Shown piece by piece: positions 63,581-64,000 of a stretch of 64,000 bases of DNA. Both the position numbers and the translations under genes were made by a program. Origin of the DNA: Marsupella aquatica (lineage: Eukaryota; Plantae; Marchantiophyta); contig OZ316892.1 of the NCBI GenBank assembly GCA_973895155.1, positions 3,165,223 to 3,229,222 on the forward strand. Reading direction: 5' to 3'. Under the pieces are notes generated by a model. It was not told the DNA's origin. It ran no database searches and worked only from the letters and a program-made list of their open reading frames with translations. Numbering within the stretch: position 1 is the stretch's first letter; each line of letters opens with the position of its first letter.

Positions 63581-64000
63581 TGTCGCTATACCTGCTTCGC
63601 CCACACGCAAATCTTAGCAATAACCTGTGATAAGAAAACACCGCCGAGAGTTCCGTCTTTGCAGTCCTTCGTATGTACCTATCACCCTTGCTTAATTGCC
63701 TTCCGTCTCTGCTTCCCAGCTTTTCGTTTTGTCGCAATTGATCGCTCACCCTGTCTCTGCCCTTGTGTGTACTGCTCCCTCCAGTTTCTCCTTGACGGTT
63801 TTCGATTTTCGTCACTCTTGCTATAACACGAAAGCCTTAATTACGTAGTCGTGTCCACAACCCCCCGATCAAACAAACCAGTCCGTGCCTCCCTTGGTCC
63901 CCTGGCGTGTCGAACAACCTTCTCTTACACTTTCCCTATCCAACCAACATCAAGTTCAAGCTTCCGTTCGTTCATCCGTTCCACCCTCTCGTCCTGGACG

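Overview
Intron-rich eukaryotic DNA from a land plant, probably a non-flowering (bryophyte-grade) species; this is inferred from the PAN3 gene and the CRE-type retroelement. Five well-supported genes: a small spliced J-domain (DnaJ) gene (-), a trihelix/Myb-SANT gene with an unusual C-terminal domain (+), kinesin-5 (-), PAN3 (-) and an F-box/kelch gene (-). Intergenic DNA holds a near-full-length RLE-type (CRE-like) non-LTR retrotransposon broken by one stop codon, two related non-autonomous Helitrons, several Mutator-like TIR elements (one young, with a 10-bp TSD), a copia-like solo LTR, a decayed 25S/26S rRNA fragment, an orphan polyamine-oxidase exon and a probable papain relic. The most striking observation is that the DNA just upstream of the trihelix ORF is an inverted, pseudogenised genomic copy (exons plus introns) of the DnaJ gene about 10 kb away, which suggests a chimeric gene origin. 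All alignments and splice models were made by eye and no database searches were run.
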